A stretch of 36,516 bases of DNA, from contig CAMSQT010000001.1 in the NCBI GenBank assembly GCA_947062645.1, positions 1 through 36,516 on the forward strand, in the 5' to 3' direction. A program made the position numbers and the translations under genes. Below the pieces are notes generated by a model, which saw only the letters and a list, made by a program, of their open reading frames with translations, had not been told where the DNA came from and did no database searches. Below, one piece after another: positions 19,401-27,970 of the stretch; within the stretch, counting starts at the first letter, position 1, and each line of letters begins with the position of its first letter. This DNA is from an uncultured Clostridium sp. GTDB taxonomy: Bacteria > Bacillota > Clostridia > TANB77 > CAG-508.

Positions 19401-20010
19401 TTATTTGTCCCCATCGGTTCCGGGTTTGTTTGGGGATATTTAGGGATATTTTTTTGATTTCGTCCCTTAATTTAGCTGCTTCTTCATATTTTTCCTCTTT
19501 GATAGCTTGTTTTAATTCTTCTTGTAATTTTCGTAATTGGCTATTTTCAGCTTTTTCTTTTGGTTTATTTTCTTTTTTAAAAACAGCTTCTTGATTTGCC
19601 ATCTTTTGCTCAATTTTATTGTCTATTACTTTTCCTACTCTTCCTATATGTCTGTTTGCACCTTGTATTTTTCTAATAATTGGGTCTAATCTCTCTTGAA
19701 AAACTTCATAACAATTACCGCAACCTAGCTTTCCTGTTTCTGCAATATTTTCAAAAGTAGAACCGCAACTATTACATTTTAGTGTTTTAATTTCGTTAAA
19801 TAATGGCATTGTCATAAACTCTGTGGTAGCAAAATCCTCCATAAACTCCCCAAAAAAGCTTGAAAAATCAATTGGCATGTTAAAATCCATATGACTAATT
19901 CCTAGCTTTTTACTACATTCCTCACATAAATTTAATTCTTTTTTTCTTCCATTAATATTTTCTACATAATTTACATTTGCTTCTCTTTTTCCACAATTAT
20001 CACATAGCAT
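19401..20010 (-). CDS. mcsA: McsA (zinc-finger/UVR-domain activator of McsB); zero-frame CGG at 19420..19422 near the C-terminus
   Basis: CDNCGKREA...CEEC and CNSCG...CGNCY zinc fingers, and a UVR motif (EEKYEEAAKLRDEIKK). A +1 shift gives ...NIPKQT-GTDGDK* ending at 19401, just before the mcsB RBS. The zero-frame alternative ends at 19390. Confidence 0.85.
19407..19439 (-). repeat. 33-nt cassette carrying a CGG shift site (copy 2, in the mcsA 3' end)
   Basis: Coding strand ATATCCCCAAACAAACCCGGAACCGATGGGGAC, preceded by the direct repeat AAATATCCC. Confidence 0.8.
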
Positions 20011-20027
20011 TTTTACTTCCTCCTTCT

Positions 20028-20126
20028 GGTGTTTTTTGGGACGTGGGCAAAAAACATCGTTTTATTTTTAATATTTTTACTCTTTTCGAAATGATGTTTT
20101 TTGACCACGTCCCAAAAAACATCATT
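20028..20126. repeat. Twin-hairpin (REPIN-like) intergenic repeat between ctsR and mcsA
   Basis: Left arm GGTGTTTTTTG-GGACGTGGG-CAAAAAACATCG and right arm ATGATGTTTTTTG-ACCACGTCC-CAAAAAACATCAT are inverted copies separated by 30 nt. The ctsR stop lies in the right arm, and the mcsA RBS abuts the left arm. Confidence 0.8.
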
Positions 20127-20574
20127 CTAGATTTAGTAGCATATTTTTGAAGATTCTTGCTCTTACTTTGTCTTTTTCACCTTTATCTAGTTGTAAGACA
20201 TTGTCACTGGTTGCTACTTTTAGTAGCTTTGCTTCTTTTTCTTCTATTATGTTATATGTTAAAAAATCGCTAATTAGTATATCTACTTCATTGGAGGTTA
20301 TTTGTCCTCCTATGTTATTTATGATATGCATGAGGTATTCTGCTTTTTCGTTGTTTACTTTTTTGATGGTGATGTGTCCACCACCTCCTCGCCTACTTTC
20401 TACATAATAGCCTTGTGAGGGCTTGAATCTGGTGGCTATTACATAGTTGATTTGTGATGGTACACATTTGAATTGCTCGGCTAATTCGTTTCTTTGTATT
20501 TCGATACTGTCTTCTTCTTCAAATAGTTCTTTGATAAATTCTTCTATGATGTCTGACATTCTCAAATTTTCCAT
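20122..20574 (-). CDS. ctsR: Class III stress-gene repressor CtsR
   Basis: SDIIEEFIKEL..., FKCVPSQINYVIATRF, VESRRGGGGHITI. These are hallmark CtsR motifs. Confidence 0.92.
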   Translation of the reverse strand: MENLRMSDIIEEFIKELFEEEDSIEIQRNELAEQFKCVPSQINYVIATRFKPSQGYYVESRRGGGGHITIKKVNNEKAEYLMHIINNIGGQITSNEVDILISDFLTYNIIEEKEAKLLKVATSDNVLQLDKGEKDKVRARIFKNMLLNLE

Positions 20575-20642
20575 CTCCTTTCTTTTTATGTTTTCTTTAG
20601 TTTATGAATTTATAATTTGCTTAGTAATATTTTAATTTTGTC

Positions 20643-20659
20643 TTTGACTTTCTTTGACC
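20643..20659 (-). promoter_or_regulatory. CtsR operator (downstream of -10)
   Basis: Minus strand GGTCAAAGAAAGTCAAA matches the tandem heptad consensus RGTCAAA-NAN-RGTCAAA. Confidence 0.8.
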
Positions 20660-20668
20660 TATAATATT

Positions 20669-20696
20669 ATTATACTGCTTTTATTTATTATTTCAA
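20669..20696 (-). promoter_or_regulatory. ctsR operon promoter
   Basis: On the minus strand: TTGAAA (20691..20696), 16 nt, TATAAT (20669..20674). Flanked by the two CtsR boxes. Confidence 0.6.
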
Positions 20697-20704
20697 AATC
20701 TTTT

Positions 20705-20721
20705 TTTGACCTTATTTGACC
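20705..20721 (-). promoter_or_regulatory. CtsR operator (upstream of -35)
   Basis: Minus strand GGTCAAATAAGGTCAAA is a perfect CtsR tandem heptad. Confidence 0.8.
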
Positions 20722-20768
20722 TTTTCTTGGTTTTTTATTTTAATTTTTCTTTATTTTCTTTGTTTTTC

Positions 20769-20975
20769 TCATTTTTTCGTATTATTCTGTTGTTTTTCGT
20801 TTTTTGCCTTTTTAGTTATTTCTTCTAACTCCTCTACTTTTTCTTTTTGTTCTGGTAATGATACCCACGCAAAGTAAGAAGATATGAATTCTCCGTATTT
20901 AGTAGCATCTTCACCTACTTCTGCAATTCCATATTCTACTTGTTTTTCTTTTTGTTCTTTTTGGTTTTTTTCCAT
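20769..20975 (-). CDS. Small acidic/lysine-rich hypothetical protein (68 aa)
   Basis: ORF with AAAGGAG upstream at a long (14-nt) spacing. No recognisable family. Confidence 0.4.
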   Translation of the reverse strand: MEKNQKEQKEKQVEYGIAEVGEDATKYGEFISSYFAWVSLPEQKEKVEELEEITKKAKNEKQQNNTKK

Positions 20976-21087
20976 TTAAAAAATGCACACTCCTTTTTAT
21001 TGTTATGTGCATTTTTTTTGGTTTTATTCAATGATATATTTAATTTTCCAAAATCAACATAAAACTATTTCTTTTTTCATAAATATA

Positions 21088-21096
21088 TGGTATAAT
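21088..21096 (+). promoter_or_regulatory. Extended -10 promoter element for nfeD-SPFH
   Basis: TGGTATAAT (TGnTATAAT) about 30 nt upstream of the nfeD start. Confidence 0.45.
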
Positions 21097-21128
21097 AGTA
21101 ACAGTTGGTATCAAAGGAGGAATTTTCC

Positions 21129-21564
21129 ATGTGGGAAATATGGCTAATTATAGCAGGAATTTGTTTAATTATAGAAATCATAACCGTAGGATTTCTAATC
21201 TTTTGGTTGGCAATTCGGAGCCTTGCTTGCCATGGTAACTAGCCTATTTACCGACAACATTATCATACAAACCGCCGTATTTGTAATATCTTCTGGCATT
21301 CTAATTTTTGCTACAAAACCTTTTGTTCAAAAATTTGTCAATCGAAAAGTCAATAGTATAAAAACTAATGTCTATTCTAATATTGGTAAAACGGGAATTG
21401 TAACACAAGATATTGATTCTCTAAAAGCAATTGGTCAGGTGAAGGTAAATGGTGAAGTTTGGTCTGCTGTTGGATTACATGACGAAAATATTTTAGCAGG
21501 TACCGAAGTAGAAATTAAAGAAATTAAAGGTGTAAAAGCAATTGTAACACCAGTTAAAACTTAA
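21129..21564 (+). CDS. NfeD-family membrane protein; needs one +1 shift at CGG 21216..21218
   Basis: AAAGGAGG RBS then ATG at 21129: MWEIWLIIAGICLIIEIITVGFLIFWLAI-[C]GGA-GALLAMVTSLF..., then a C-terminal OB-fold (GQVKVNGEVWSA). The track shows only the C-terminal 113 aa. Confidence 0.82.
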
Positions 21565-21625
21565 GTTATCTAATTTAAGAGTTTTACTCTTACATGATAG
21601 ATATATTTTTAAGGAGGTAGAAATT

Positions 21626-22537
21626 ATGGCATTTTTATTAGTTTTACTTATTATTATTTTAATAATTGCCGTCATGTCAATTAAAATTGTTAAACAAGCT
21701 GAGGTATACATCATTGAAAGATTAGGAAAATTTTATAAGGTAGCTGATGCTGGTCTTACCATTATTGTTCCTTTTTTTGACCATGTTAGAAGCGTGGTTA
21801 GTTTAAAACAACAAACAATGGATGTCCCACCTCAAGGCGTTATTACGAAAGATAATGTTACGATTACAATCGATACGGTTGTATTTTATCAAATAACTGA
21901 CCCTGCAAAAGCAGTGTATGAAATTCAAAGTTTAAAGAAAGGTATCGAATATTTAGCCATTACCACGATTCGTGATATTATTGGTAAAATGGATTTAGAC
22001 GAAACTTTTAGTTCAAGAGATGGTATCAACAATCAATTAAGACTTGTTTTAGACGAAGCAACTGATCGTTGGGGATGTAAGATTGACCGTGTTGAAATTA
22101 AAGACATTACTCCTCCTGCTGATATTAGAGATGCCATGGAAAAAGAAATGAATGCTGAAAGAAATAAAAGAGCATTAATCTTAGAAGCTGAAGCACAAAG
22201 ACAATCTTCTATTACCATTGCAGAAGGTAAAAAACAGGCAGCTATCTTAGAAGCAGAAGCTGATAAAGAAGCTAGAATTAGAAGGGCTGCTGGAGAGGCA
22301 CAAGCAATTAAGGAAGTTGCTGATGCTAAGGCTAAAGAAATTCAAATGGTTTATGATGCTATGAAAAAGGCAGATCCAAATGATAAGCTAGTTCAATTAA
22401 AATCTTTAGAAGCTTTAGAAGAAGTTGCTAAAGGTGAGGCTAATAAGGTATTTATTCCTTTTGAAGCAACTAACGCACTTAGCTCTTTGGGTGCTTTGAA
22501 AGAAGTTGTTACTGATAAAAAAACAAATAAAAATTAA
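21626..22537 (+). CDS. SPFH/band-7 (stomatin/prohibitin-like) protein
   Basis: N-terminal TM helix, SPFH domain and Ala/Glu-rich coiled-coil tail. Canonical pairing with the upstream NfeD gene. Confidence 0.9.
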   Translation: MAFLLVLLIIILIIAVMSIKIVKQAEVYIIERLGKFYKVADAGLTIIVPFFDHVRSVVSLKQQTMDVPPQGVITKDNVTITIDTVVFYQITDPAKAVYEIQSLKKGIEYLAITTIRDIIGKMDLDETFSSRDGINNQLRLVLDEATDRWGCKIDRVEIKDITPPADIRDAMEKEMNAERNKRALILEAEAQRQSSITIAEGKKQAAILEAEADKEARIRRAAGEAQAIKEVADAKAKEIQMVYDAMKKADPNDKLVQLKSLEALEEVAKGEANKVFIPFEATNALSSLGALKEVVTDKKTNKN

Positions 22538-22550
22538 ACTAAATTAGATA

Positions 22551-22582
22551 AAAAGATTTGAAAAGATTTTCAAATCTTTTTA
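22551..22582 (+). terminator. Terminator after the SPFH gene
   Basis: AAAAGATTTGAAAA / TTTTCAAATCTTTT perfect palindrome ending in a T-run. Confidence 0.6.
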
Positions 22583-22619
22583 TCTGTGTTCTAATAAAAT
22601 TTAGAGGAGAAAATGAAAA

Positions 22620-23216
22620 ATGGAAAAATTAAAAGAAAAAATAAATAAAGTAAAACAAAATAACAAATTTATTAATTTTATATTAAATGGTAAAAATATA
22701 ACAATTATAGTATTATCTTTTTTACTTTTTTGTGCTTTTTGCTCCTATTCTAATCCTATTGATATAACAGAATATAAAAATAAGATTGAAACATTAAATT
22801 CACAAATTATAGAATTAAACAAAAAATTACAAGATACTCAAGAACAATTTCAAAACATTCAAAATGAAAATACTTCTTTAAAATCTGAAAAAGAAAAAAT
22901 CGAAAAAGAAAAATTACAAGTTGAAGCGGAAAAAGAAAGTTTAAGTAAAGAAATAGAAGAATTTAAAACTTCAAAAGCCAACCAAGTATCCTCTTCTGAT
23001 TCTAAAACTGCTACTTCTTCTATTAGTACTTCCAGCTCTTATAGTCAAGCACCATCTACATCTTCTACAACTAATTCACAAACGGTATGGATTGGAAACA
23101 CTGGTGACAAATATCACAGACAAACTTGTAGAACTTTAAAAGGTAACGGACATTCCATAACTCTACAACAAGCTCAGTCTCAAGGTAGACAAGCCTGTAA
23201 AGTCTGTAAACCTTAA
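22620..23216 (+). CDS. Membrane-anchored coiled-coil protein with Ser/Thr-rich linker and C-terminal Cys/His motif
   Basis: AGAGGAG RBS 9 nt upstream. One TM helix, then a coiled coil. C-terminal GDKYHRQTCRTL...GRQACKVCKP resembles small KYH...C...CxxC zinc-binding tails. Confidence 0.7.
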   Translation: MEKLKEKINKVKQNNKFINFILNGKNITIIVLSFLLFCAFCSYSNPIDITEYKNKIETLNSQIIELNKKLQDTQEQFQNIQNENTSLKSEKEKIEKEKLQVEAEKESLSKEIEEFKTSKANQVSSSDSKTATSSISTSSSYSQAPSTSSTTNSQTVWIGNTGDKYHRQTCRTLKGNGHSITLQQAQSQGRQACKVCKP

Positions 23217-23242
23217 ATACTAAATATAAGCACAAAACGTAA

Positions 23243-23290
23243 AAAGACAGAAATCTTGGATTCATTCACTTTCTGTCTTTCTATTTTTCT
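23243..23290. terminator. Terminator between the convergent 22620 gene and alr
   Basis: AAAGACAGAA / TTCTGTCTTT stem with an 18-nt loop, then CTATTTTT. Confidence 0.5.
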
Positions 23291-23357
23291 ATTTCCTCTG
23301 TTTTCACTTCTTCTATTCCATACTCTAAATTATTATAATTTTTTTGCTAATCAATAT

Positions 23358-24452
23358 TTACTTACAAAATTTTCTTGGCACTCTTGCACTTATGGTACTA
23401 ATCATTTCATAATTAATAGTATCGCAATGATGGGCAATATCGTCTAATGTTATTTGGTCATTATCCCAAATAAAAACTTCATCCCCCATATTAACTTCTT
23501 TACTATCTGTTACATCTACCATAATACTATCCATGCAAACCATTCCAACAATAGGTGCCTTTTTTCCTTTTATTACAACTTCCCCTTTATTGGATAAACT
23601 TCTTGGTATACCATCTGCATAGCCAATAGGTATGGTTGCTATTTTACTTTTTCGTTTTGTGATAAAGGTTCTAGCATAGCTAATACTTGTTTGTTTTTCC
23701 ACCTCTTTCAGAAAAGTTATTTTTGATTTTAAAGTTGCTACTGGTTTTAATTTTAATTTTTCTGCTATTTTTTCTTGTGATGAGTACCCATATAAAAGTA
23801 GTCCAGGTCTTACTAAATTGTACTGAGCCTCTGGAAAGTTTACGATACCATTAGATGCTAAAGCATGTATATACTTTATTTTATTTATTTTTATTAATTC
23901 TACTGCTTTTTGAAAGGTTTCTAGCTGTTGTTTTGTATAGGTTTTATCCGTATCTGGCACTGACAGATGTGTGTAAATTCCTTCTACTTTTAAATTTGGT
24001 GTTTTTTCTATTTCTTCTAACCATTTTTGAATATCTTGGAAGGCTATTCCTGTTCTTCCCATTCCGGTTTCTATCTCAAGGTGAACTTTCACTTGCTTTT
24101 TTTGTTTTTGTATTTCAGTTAAAAATTCCTTGGCTGATAGTCCAATGATTAAGTTATTTTCTATTATTTTATCAAGTTCACTAATAGCTGGCTGGTTTAA
24201 TATAAAAATTTCTTTTTGAAATCCTAATTTTCTTAAATTTACTCCTTCATCTACAGTTGCTACTCCTATGATTTCAAATTCGTTTACTACTTCTAGTTTT
24301 GTATTTAGGTAGGTTCCATAGGCATTTGCCTTCATGATTGGCATAATGGTTGTGATTGGTAATATGTTTTTTCTTATTTGTTCTACATTATGCTTAAAGT
24401 TCTGAATATTTATTTCCATTACGGTTGGTCTAGTGATTTCGTTTAGACTCAT
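23358..24452 (-). CDS. alr: Alanine racemase
   Basis: The PLP-binding motif region (MPIMKANAYG) and C-terminal domain (YGY..., CMDSIMVDV) are typical. ATG at 24452 follows GGAGAA. The track extension to 24539 overlaps the cupin gene. Confidence 0.9.
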   Translation of the reverse strand: MSLNEITRPTVMEINIQNFKHNVEQIRKNILPITTIMPIMKANAYGTYLNTKLEVVNEFEIIGVATVDEGVNLRKLGFQKEIFILNQPAISELDKIIENNLIIGLSAKEFLTEIQKQKKQVKVHLEIETGMGRTGIAFQDIQKWLEEIEKTPNLKVEGIYTHLSVPDTDKTYTKQQLETFQKAVELIKINKIKYIHALASNGIVNFPEAQYNLVRPGLLLYGYSSQEKIAEKLKLKPVATLKSKITFLKEVEKQTSISYARTFITKRKSKIATIPIGYADGIPRSLSNKGEVVIKGKKAPIVGMVCMDSIMVDVTDSKEVNMGDEVFIWDNDQITLDDIAHHCDTINYEMISTISARVPRKFCK

Positions 24453-24460
24453 ATTTTCTC

Positions 24461-24806
24461 CTATTCTTCTATTAATTTGTGTTGCTCTGGGTACCATGCA
24501 GGTGTACATGGCATGGCAATAGTACAATGTGCATCCCAATAATAGATTTCTCCTTTGTCAATTAATATGGCATCTCCTTTTTCAAATTCTATTGTTTCTT
24601 GCTTTTTGTTTAAGGTTCCTTTTCCTTCTATAACATAAATTAATTCTTTACACTTCTCATTTACACAATACCCGTGTTTCTGGATATCTTCCACTTATTT
24701 TAGCTGTTGCTAAGTTTATGTCTTTGTCTTCTAGTCCATATTCTAATACTTCACATTTTTCGCTGTTTTTAAATTTTTCAGCTTGATTTTGTTTTACTAT
24801 TTTCAT
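24461..24806 (-). CDS. Cupin-domain protein; needs one +1 shift at CGG 24672..24674
   Basis: GGAGAG RBS then ATG at 24806: MKIVKQNQAEKFKNSEKCEVLEYGLEDKDINLATAKISGRYPET-[C]GGG-GYCVNEKCKELIYVIEGKGTL... This is the only CGGG example. Confidence 0.8.
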
Positions 24807-24816
24807 GCTTACTCTC

Positions 24817-25071
24817 CTATTTTTCCCACAATTTTCTAATAAAGTTTAATGACACAGTAGATAATGTAAAACCAATAACAGGAACTAATGAACTTAAAAA
24901 TATGTTATTGATTTTATTGATTAAATAAGAATACACAATAACTACTATGTAAGTTAATATACAAATACATATTTTTCTGGTTACACTTGTTTCCCATTTT
25001 TTATCTAATTCTACTTTTTGATTTCTTTGTTTGATTTGTTCAATTTCTTTTTCTAAATCTTTATTTTCCAT
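24817..25071 (-). CDS. Small membrane protein (84 aa), hypothetical
   Basis: ORF with AAGGAGAATG-type RBS and two hydrophobic helices. Confidence 0.55.
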   Translation of the reverse strand: MENKDLEKEIEQIKQRNQKVELDKKWETSVTRKICICILTYIVVIVYSYLINKINNIFLSSLVPVIGFTLSTVSLNFIRKLWEK

Positions 25072-25088
25072 TTTTCATTCTCCTTTTA

Positions 25089-25946
25089 CTATAGTTTAAT
25101 TAATATTACACTAATTATGATTAAAATAGCTGCCATCATTTTTCTTAGCATATTATCTTTTTCTTTTAAAAATAGGTATCCAACAATTACATTTAGCATA
25201 ACTGTCAAAGCACATAATGGTGCAATAATTGTTACATTTTGTAATTGATAGGCTCTTAATTGTGAAATAATCGCAGTTCCCCACGATATCGCAGTAATTG
25301 CTATCGCTTTTTTGTTTCCATTTACTAATTCATTTTTTATTTCAGAAGGTTTTATTCTTTCAAAAATTATAATCAATATCGCTGGCACGACTAGTGTTAT
25401 TGCCACATAAAATGGTAAATTGAAATTATCTGAAATATTAACATCTAAAAATAAGGCAATCGAAAATGCAATATTTCCTAAAATTCCTAAAGCAATATAT
25501 TTATTGAATTCAAATTTTCCCTTTTGGTAGAAAATCAAAATGTTACTAATAATAATCAATAAAGCTCCTATAAATTTTGTTACAATAAATGGCTCTTTAA
25601 AGAAAATCAACCCTGCAAAAATCATAAAGGTAGTCGACAATTGTTTTAACATGCTAAAAGTAGATGCTTCTATCCCACTTCTTACGGTTGTATTAACTCT
25701 ATCTGTTATAGCATAAAATATGACAGATATGCCAAGCATAATATATACACTAGCATTTGTTGGAAATTTGATTTCAAAAAGTGGGCATAACAACAAAGCT
25801 ACTGTTCCTGCTAATAATTGTAAGAGTACTGTTAAGGCTCCTGTTTTTTGCATCGTCTTTGTTGCTACTTTATAAAATTGTGTGAATATGGTTGCTAATA
25901 TCAAGTATAAAATAACATATAATAACCAATTATTTAATATAAGCAT
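25089..25946 (-). CDS. EamA/DMT-superfamily transporter
   Basis: 285 aa with about 10 hydrophobic helices and a two-fold internal repeat typical of EamA. Confidence 0.8.
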   Translation of the reverse strand: MLILNNWLLYVILYLILATIFTQFYKVATKTMQKTGALTVLLQLLAGTVALLLCPLFEIKFPTNASVYIMLGISVIFYAITDRVNTTVRSGIEASTFSMLKQLSTTFMIFAGLIFFKEPFIVTKFIGALLIIISNILIFYQKGKFEFNKYIALGILGNIAFSIALFLDVNISDNFNLPFYVAITLVVPAILIIIFERIKPSEIKNELVNGNKKAIAITAISWGTAIISQLRAYQLQNVTIIAPLCALTVMLNVIVGYLFLKEKDNMLRKMMAAILIIISVILIKL

Positions 25947-26031
25947 GGTTTTTCCTCCTATCTCTTTTTGGTTATTTTATCATGTTCTTGTTAACTTTAC
26001 AATAAGGTAACTTTGTTCTACATAAAAATAT

Positions 26032-26069
26032 GAAAAGAAAAAAGCTTTTAAAGCTTCTTTTCTTTTTTT
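26032..26069 (-). terminator. Putative terminator after the GGGtGRT gene
   Basis: Imperfect palindrome centred on AAGCTT-TTA-AAGCTT, flanked by A/T-rich arms. Confidence 0.4.
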
Positions 26070-26074
26070 ATATT

Positions 26075-27076
26075 CTATTTCATAGCCTCTTCCACAGCAA
26101 CTGCCACAGCTACTGATGCTCCAACCATTGGGTTATTTCCCATACCAATTAATCCCATCATTTCAACATGTGCAGGTACGGATGAAGACCCTGCAAATTG
26201 TGCATCTGAGTGCATTCTTCCCATCGTATCTGTCATACCATAAGAAGCTGGTCCTGCTGCCATGTTATCTGGATGAAGTGTTCTTCCTGTTCCACCACCT
26301 GATGCTACTGAGAAATATTTTCTATTTTCTGCTAGTCTTTCTTTTTTATAAGTTCCTGCTACTGGATGTTGGAATCTTGTTGGGTTAGTTGAGTTTCCTG
26401 TGATAGATACGTCAACGTCTTCCATCCACATGATGGCAACTCCTTCTCTTACATCATTTGCTCCATAGCATCTAACTTTGCTTCTTTCTCCGTCTGAATA
26501 AGGGATTTCTTCAACGACTTTTACTTTTCCAGTAAAGAAGTCAAAGTCTGTTTTTACATAAGTAAATCCATTAATTCTTGAAATAACTTGTGCTGCATCT
26601 TTTCCCAAACCATTTAAGATAACTCTTAATGGTTCTTTTCTTACTTTATTAGCTGATTTAGCAATTCCAATTGCTCCTTCTGCTGCTGCAAAAGACTCAT
26701 GTCCTGCTAAAAATGCAAAACATTTTGTATCTTCTGATAATAACATAGATGCTAGGTTTCCATGTCCTAAACCTACTTTTCTATCATCAGCAACGGAACC
26801 TGGAATACAAAATGCTTGTAACCCTTCTCCGATTGCTTTGGCTGCATCTGCTGCTTTTGTGCAACCTTTTTTTACAGCAATAGCTGCTCCTAGTGTATAT
26901 GCCCATGCTGCATTTTCAAAACAGATTGGTTGTACTCCTTTTACGATTTCGTATGGATTAAATCCTTTTTCTTTACATATTTCTAATGCTTGTTCAAAAC
27001 TTTCAATTCCGTATTTTTCCATGACTGGTTTGATTTGGTCTATTCTTCTTTCATAACTTTCAAATGTTACTGCCAT
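26075..27076 (-). CDS. GGGtGRT-family protein
   Basis: Contains the eponymous motif SGGGTGRTLHPDN. 333 aa. Confidence 0.88.
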   Translation of the reverse strand: MAVTFESYERRIDQIKPVMEKYGIESFEQALEICKEKGFNPYEIVKGVQPICFENAAWAYTLGAAIAVKKGCTKAADAAKAIGEGLQAFCIPGSVADDRKVGLGHGNLASMLLSEDTKCFAFLAGHESFAAAEGAIGIAKSANKVRKEPLRVILNGLGKDAAQVISRINGFTYVKTDFDFFTGKVKVVEEIPYSDGERSKVRCYGANDVREGVAIMWMEDVDVSITGNSTNPTRFQHPVAGTYKKERLAENRKYFSVASGGGTGRTLHPDNMAAGPASYGMTDTMGRMHSDAQFAGSSSVPAHVEMMGLIGMGNNPMVGASVAVAVAVEEAMK

Positions 27077-27088
27077 TTTTATTCCTCC

Positions 27089-27502
27089 TTATTTTTTATT
27101 TAATATCTTATTATCAAATTTTTTTATAAAATTCTCTAGTTCTTCTATGTATTCTTCCTTTATTTGTGTATAAATTTCTTCTGCTACATCTTCTTTGTAA
27201 GTATGGGTTATTAAATTTCTATTTTTTAACATTGACATATAAGTTGATCCATTATCAATAATTTGATATTGAAAAGCAGTTCGAATCGTATTTCCTGGTC
27301 CTAATTCGTCTAACATTTCTAATTGTTGTAAATACTTTTGTAATGTTTTCCAAAAAAGTTCAAATGTATATTGATACGCATTGATAATTGCCCCTCTATC
27401 TTTTTCAGTTCCATTATCTGTATCTACAAATTCCTTTAGCTTTAAGTATGCTTTTTTAAAGGTCTCATAACTTTCAATCAAATTATTTGGCATAAAATTC
27501 AA
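27089..27502 (-). CDS. hepT: HEPN-domain toxin (nucleotidyltransferase substrate-binding protein, HI0074-like)
   Basis: 137 aa with Rx4H motif RNLITH. Overlaps the upstream MNT gene by 20 nt. Confidence 0.8.
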   Translation of the reverse strand: MNFMPNNLIESYETFKKAYLKLKEFVDTDNGTEKDRGAIINAYQYTFELFWKTLQKYLQQLEMLDELGPGNTIRTAFQYQIIDNGSTYMSMLKNRNLITHTYKEDVAEEIYTQIKEEYIEELENFIKKFDNKILNKK

Positions 27503-27791
27503 CTCCTTCTTTCAAGATAATATCCTTGATTTTGTTTTCTGAACCTATACTATTAAAATTAATTAAGTCTATTTTATATGGTAAATATAAATCGTCTATT
27601 TCATAAAATATTTTTGTATTAATGGAAAATGTTAAATTATCACCAAATAAAGCAATATCAATGTCTGATGCTTTTCTATAATCTCCTCTTGCTCTAGAAC
27701 CAAAAATCTTAGCACTTTCTACTTCTTCATATCTTTTTAGTATTTCGATTATATCATTTATGGTTTTTTCATCTAATCCAAATTTTTGCAT
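27483..27791 (-). CDS. mntA: Minimal nucleotidyltransferase antitoxin (MNT)
   Basis: GSRARGDYRKASDIDIA is the classic GSxxRG...DxD NTase motif. 102 aa. Confidence 0.82.
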   Translation of the reverse strand: MQKFGLDEKTINDIIEILKRYEEVESAKIFGSRARGDYRKASDIDIALFGDNLTFSINTKIFYEIDDLYLPYKIDLINFNSIGSENKIKDIILKEGVEFYAK

Positions 27792-27970
27792 ATTATTACC
27801 TCATTTTCTAAAACAAAGCAAGATGCCACTTTTCACTCATTTTATTGTTTTAAAAAATTAATTAAAATTAGTAAGATGTGCTTTTTTATAAAAATAGACA
27901 AGCTGAAGGCGTACGTTGGTACGTCGAAGTTTGAATATTTTTATAAAAATGTGCAGATTGCTGATTTTAA

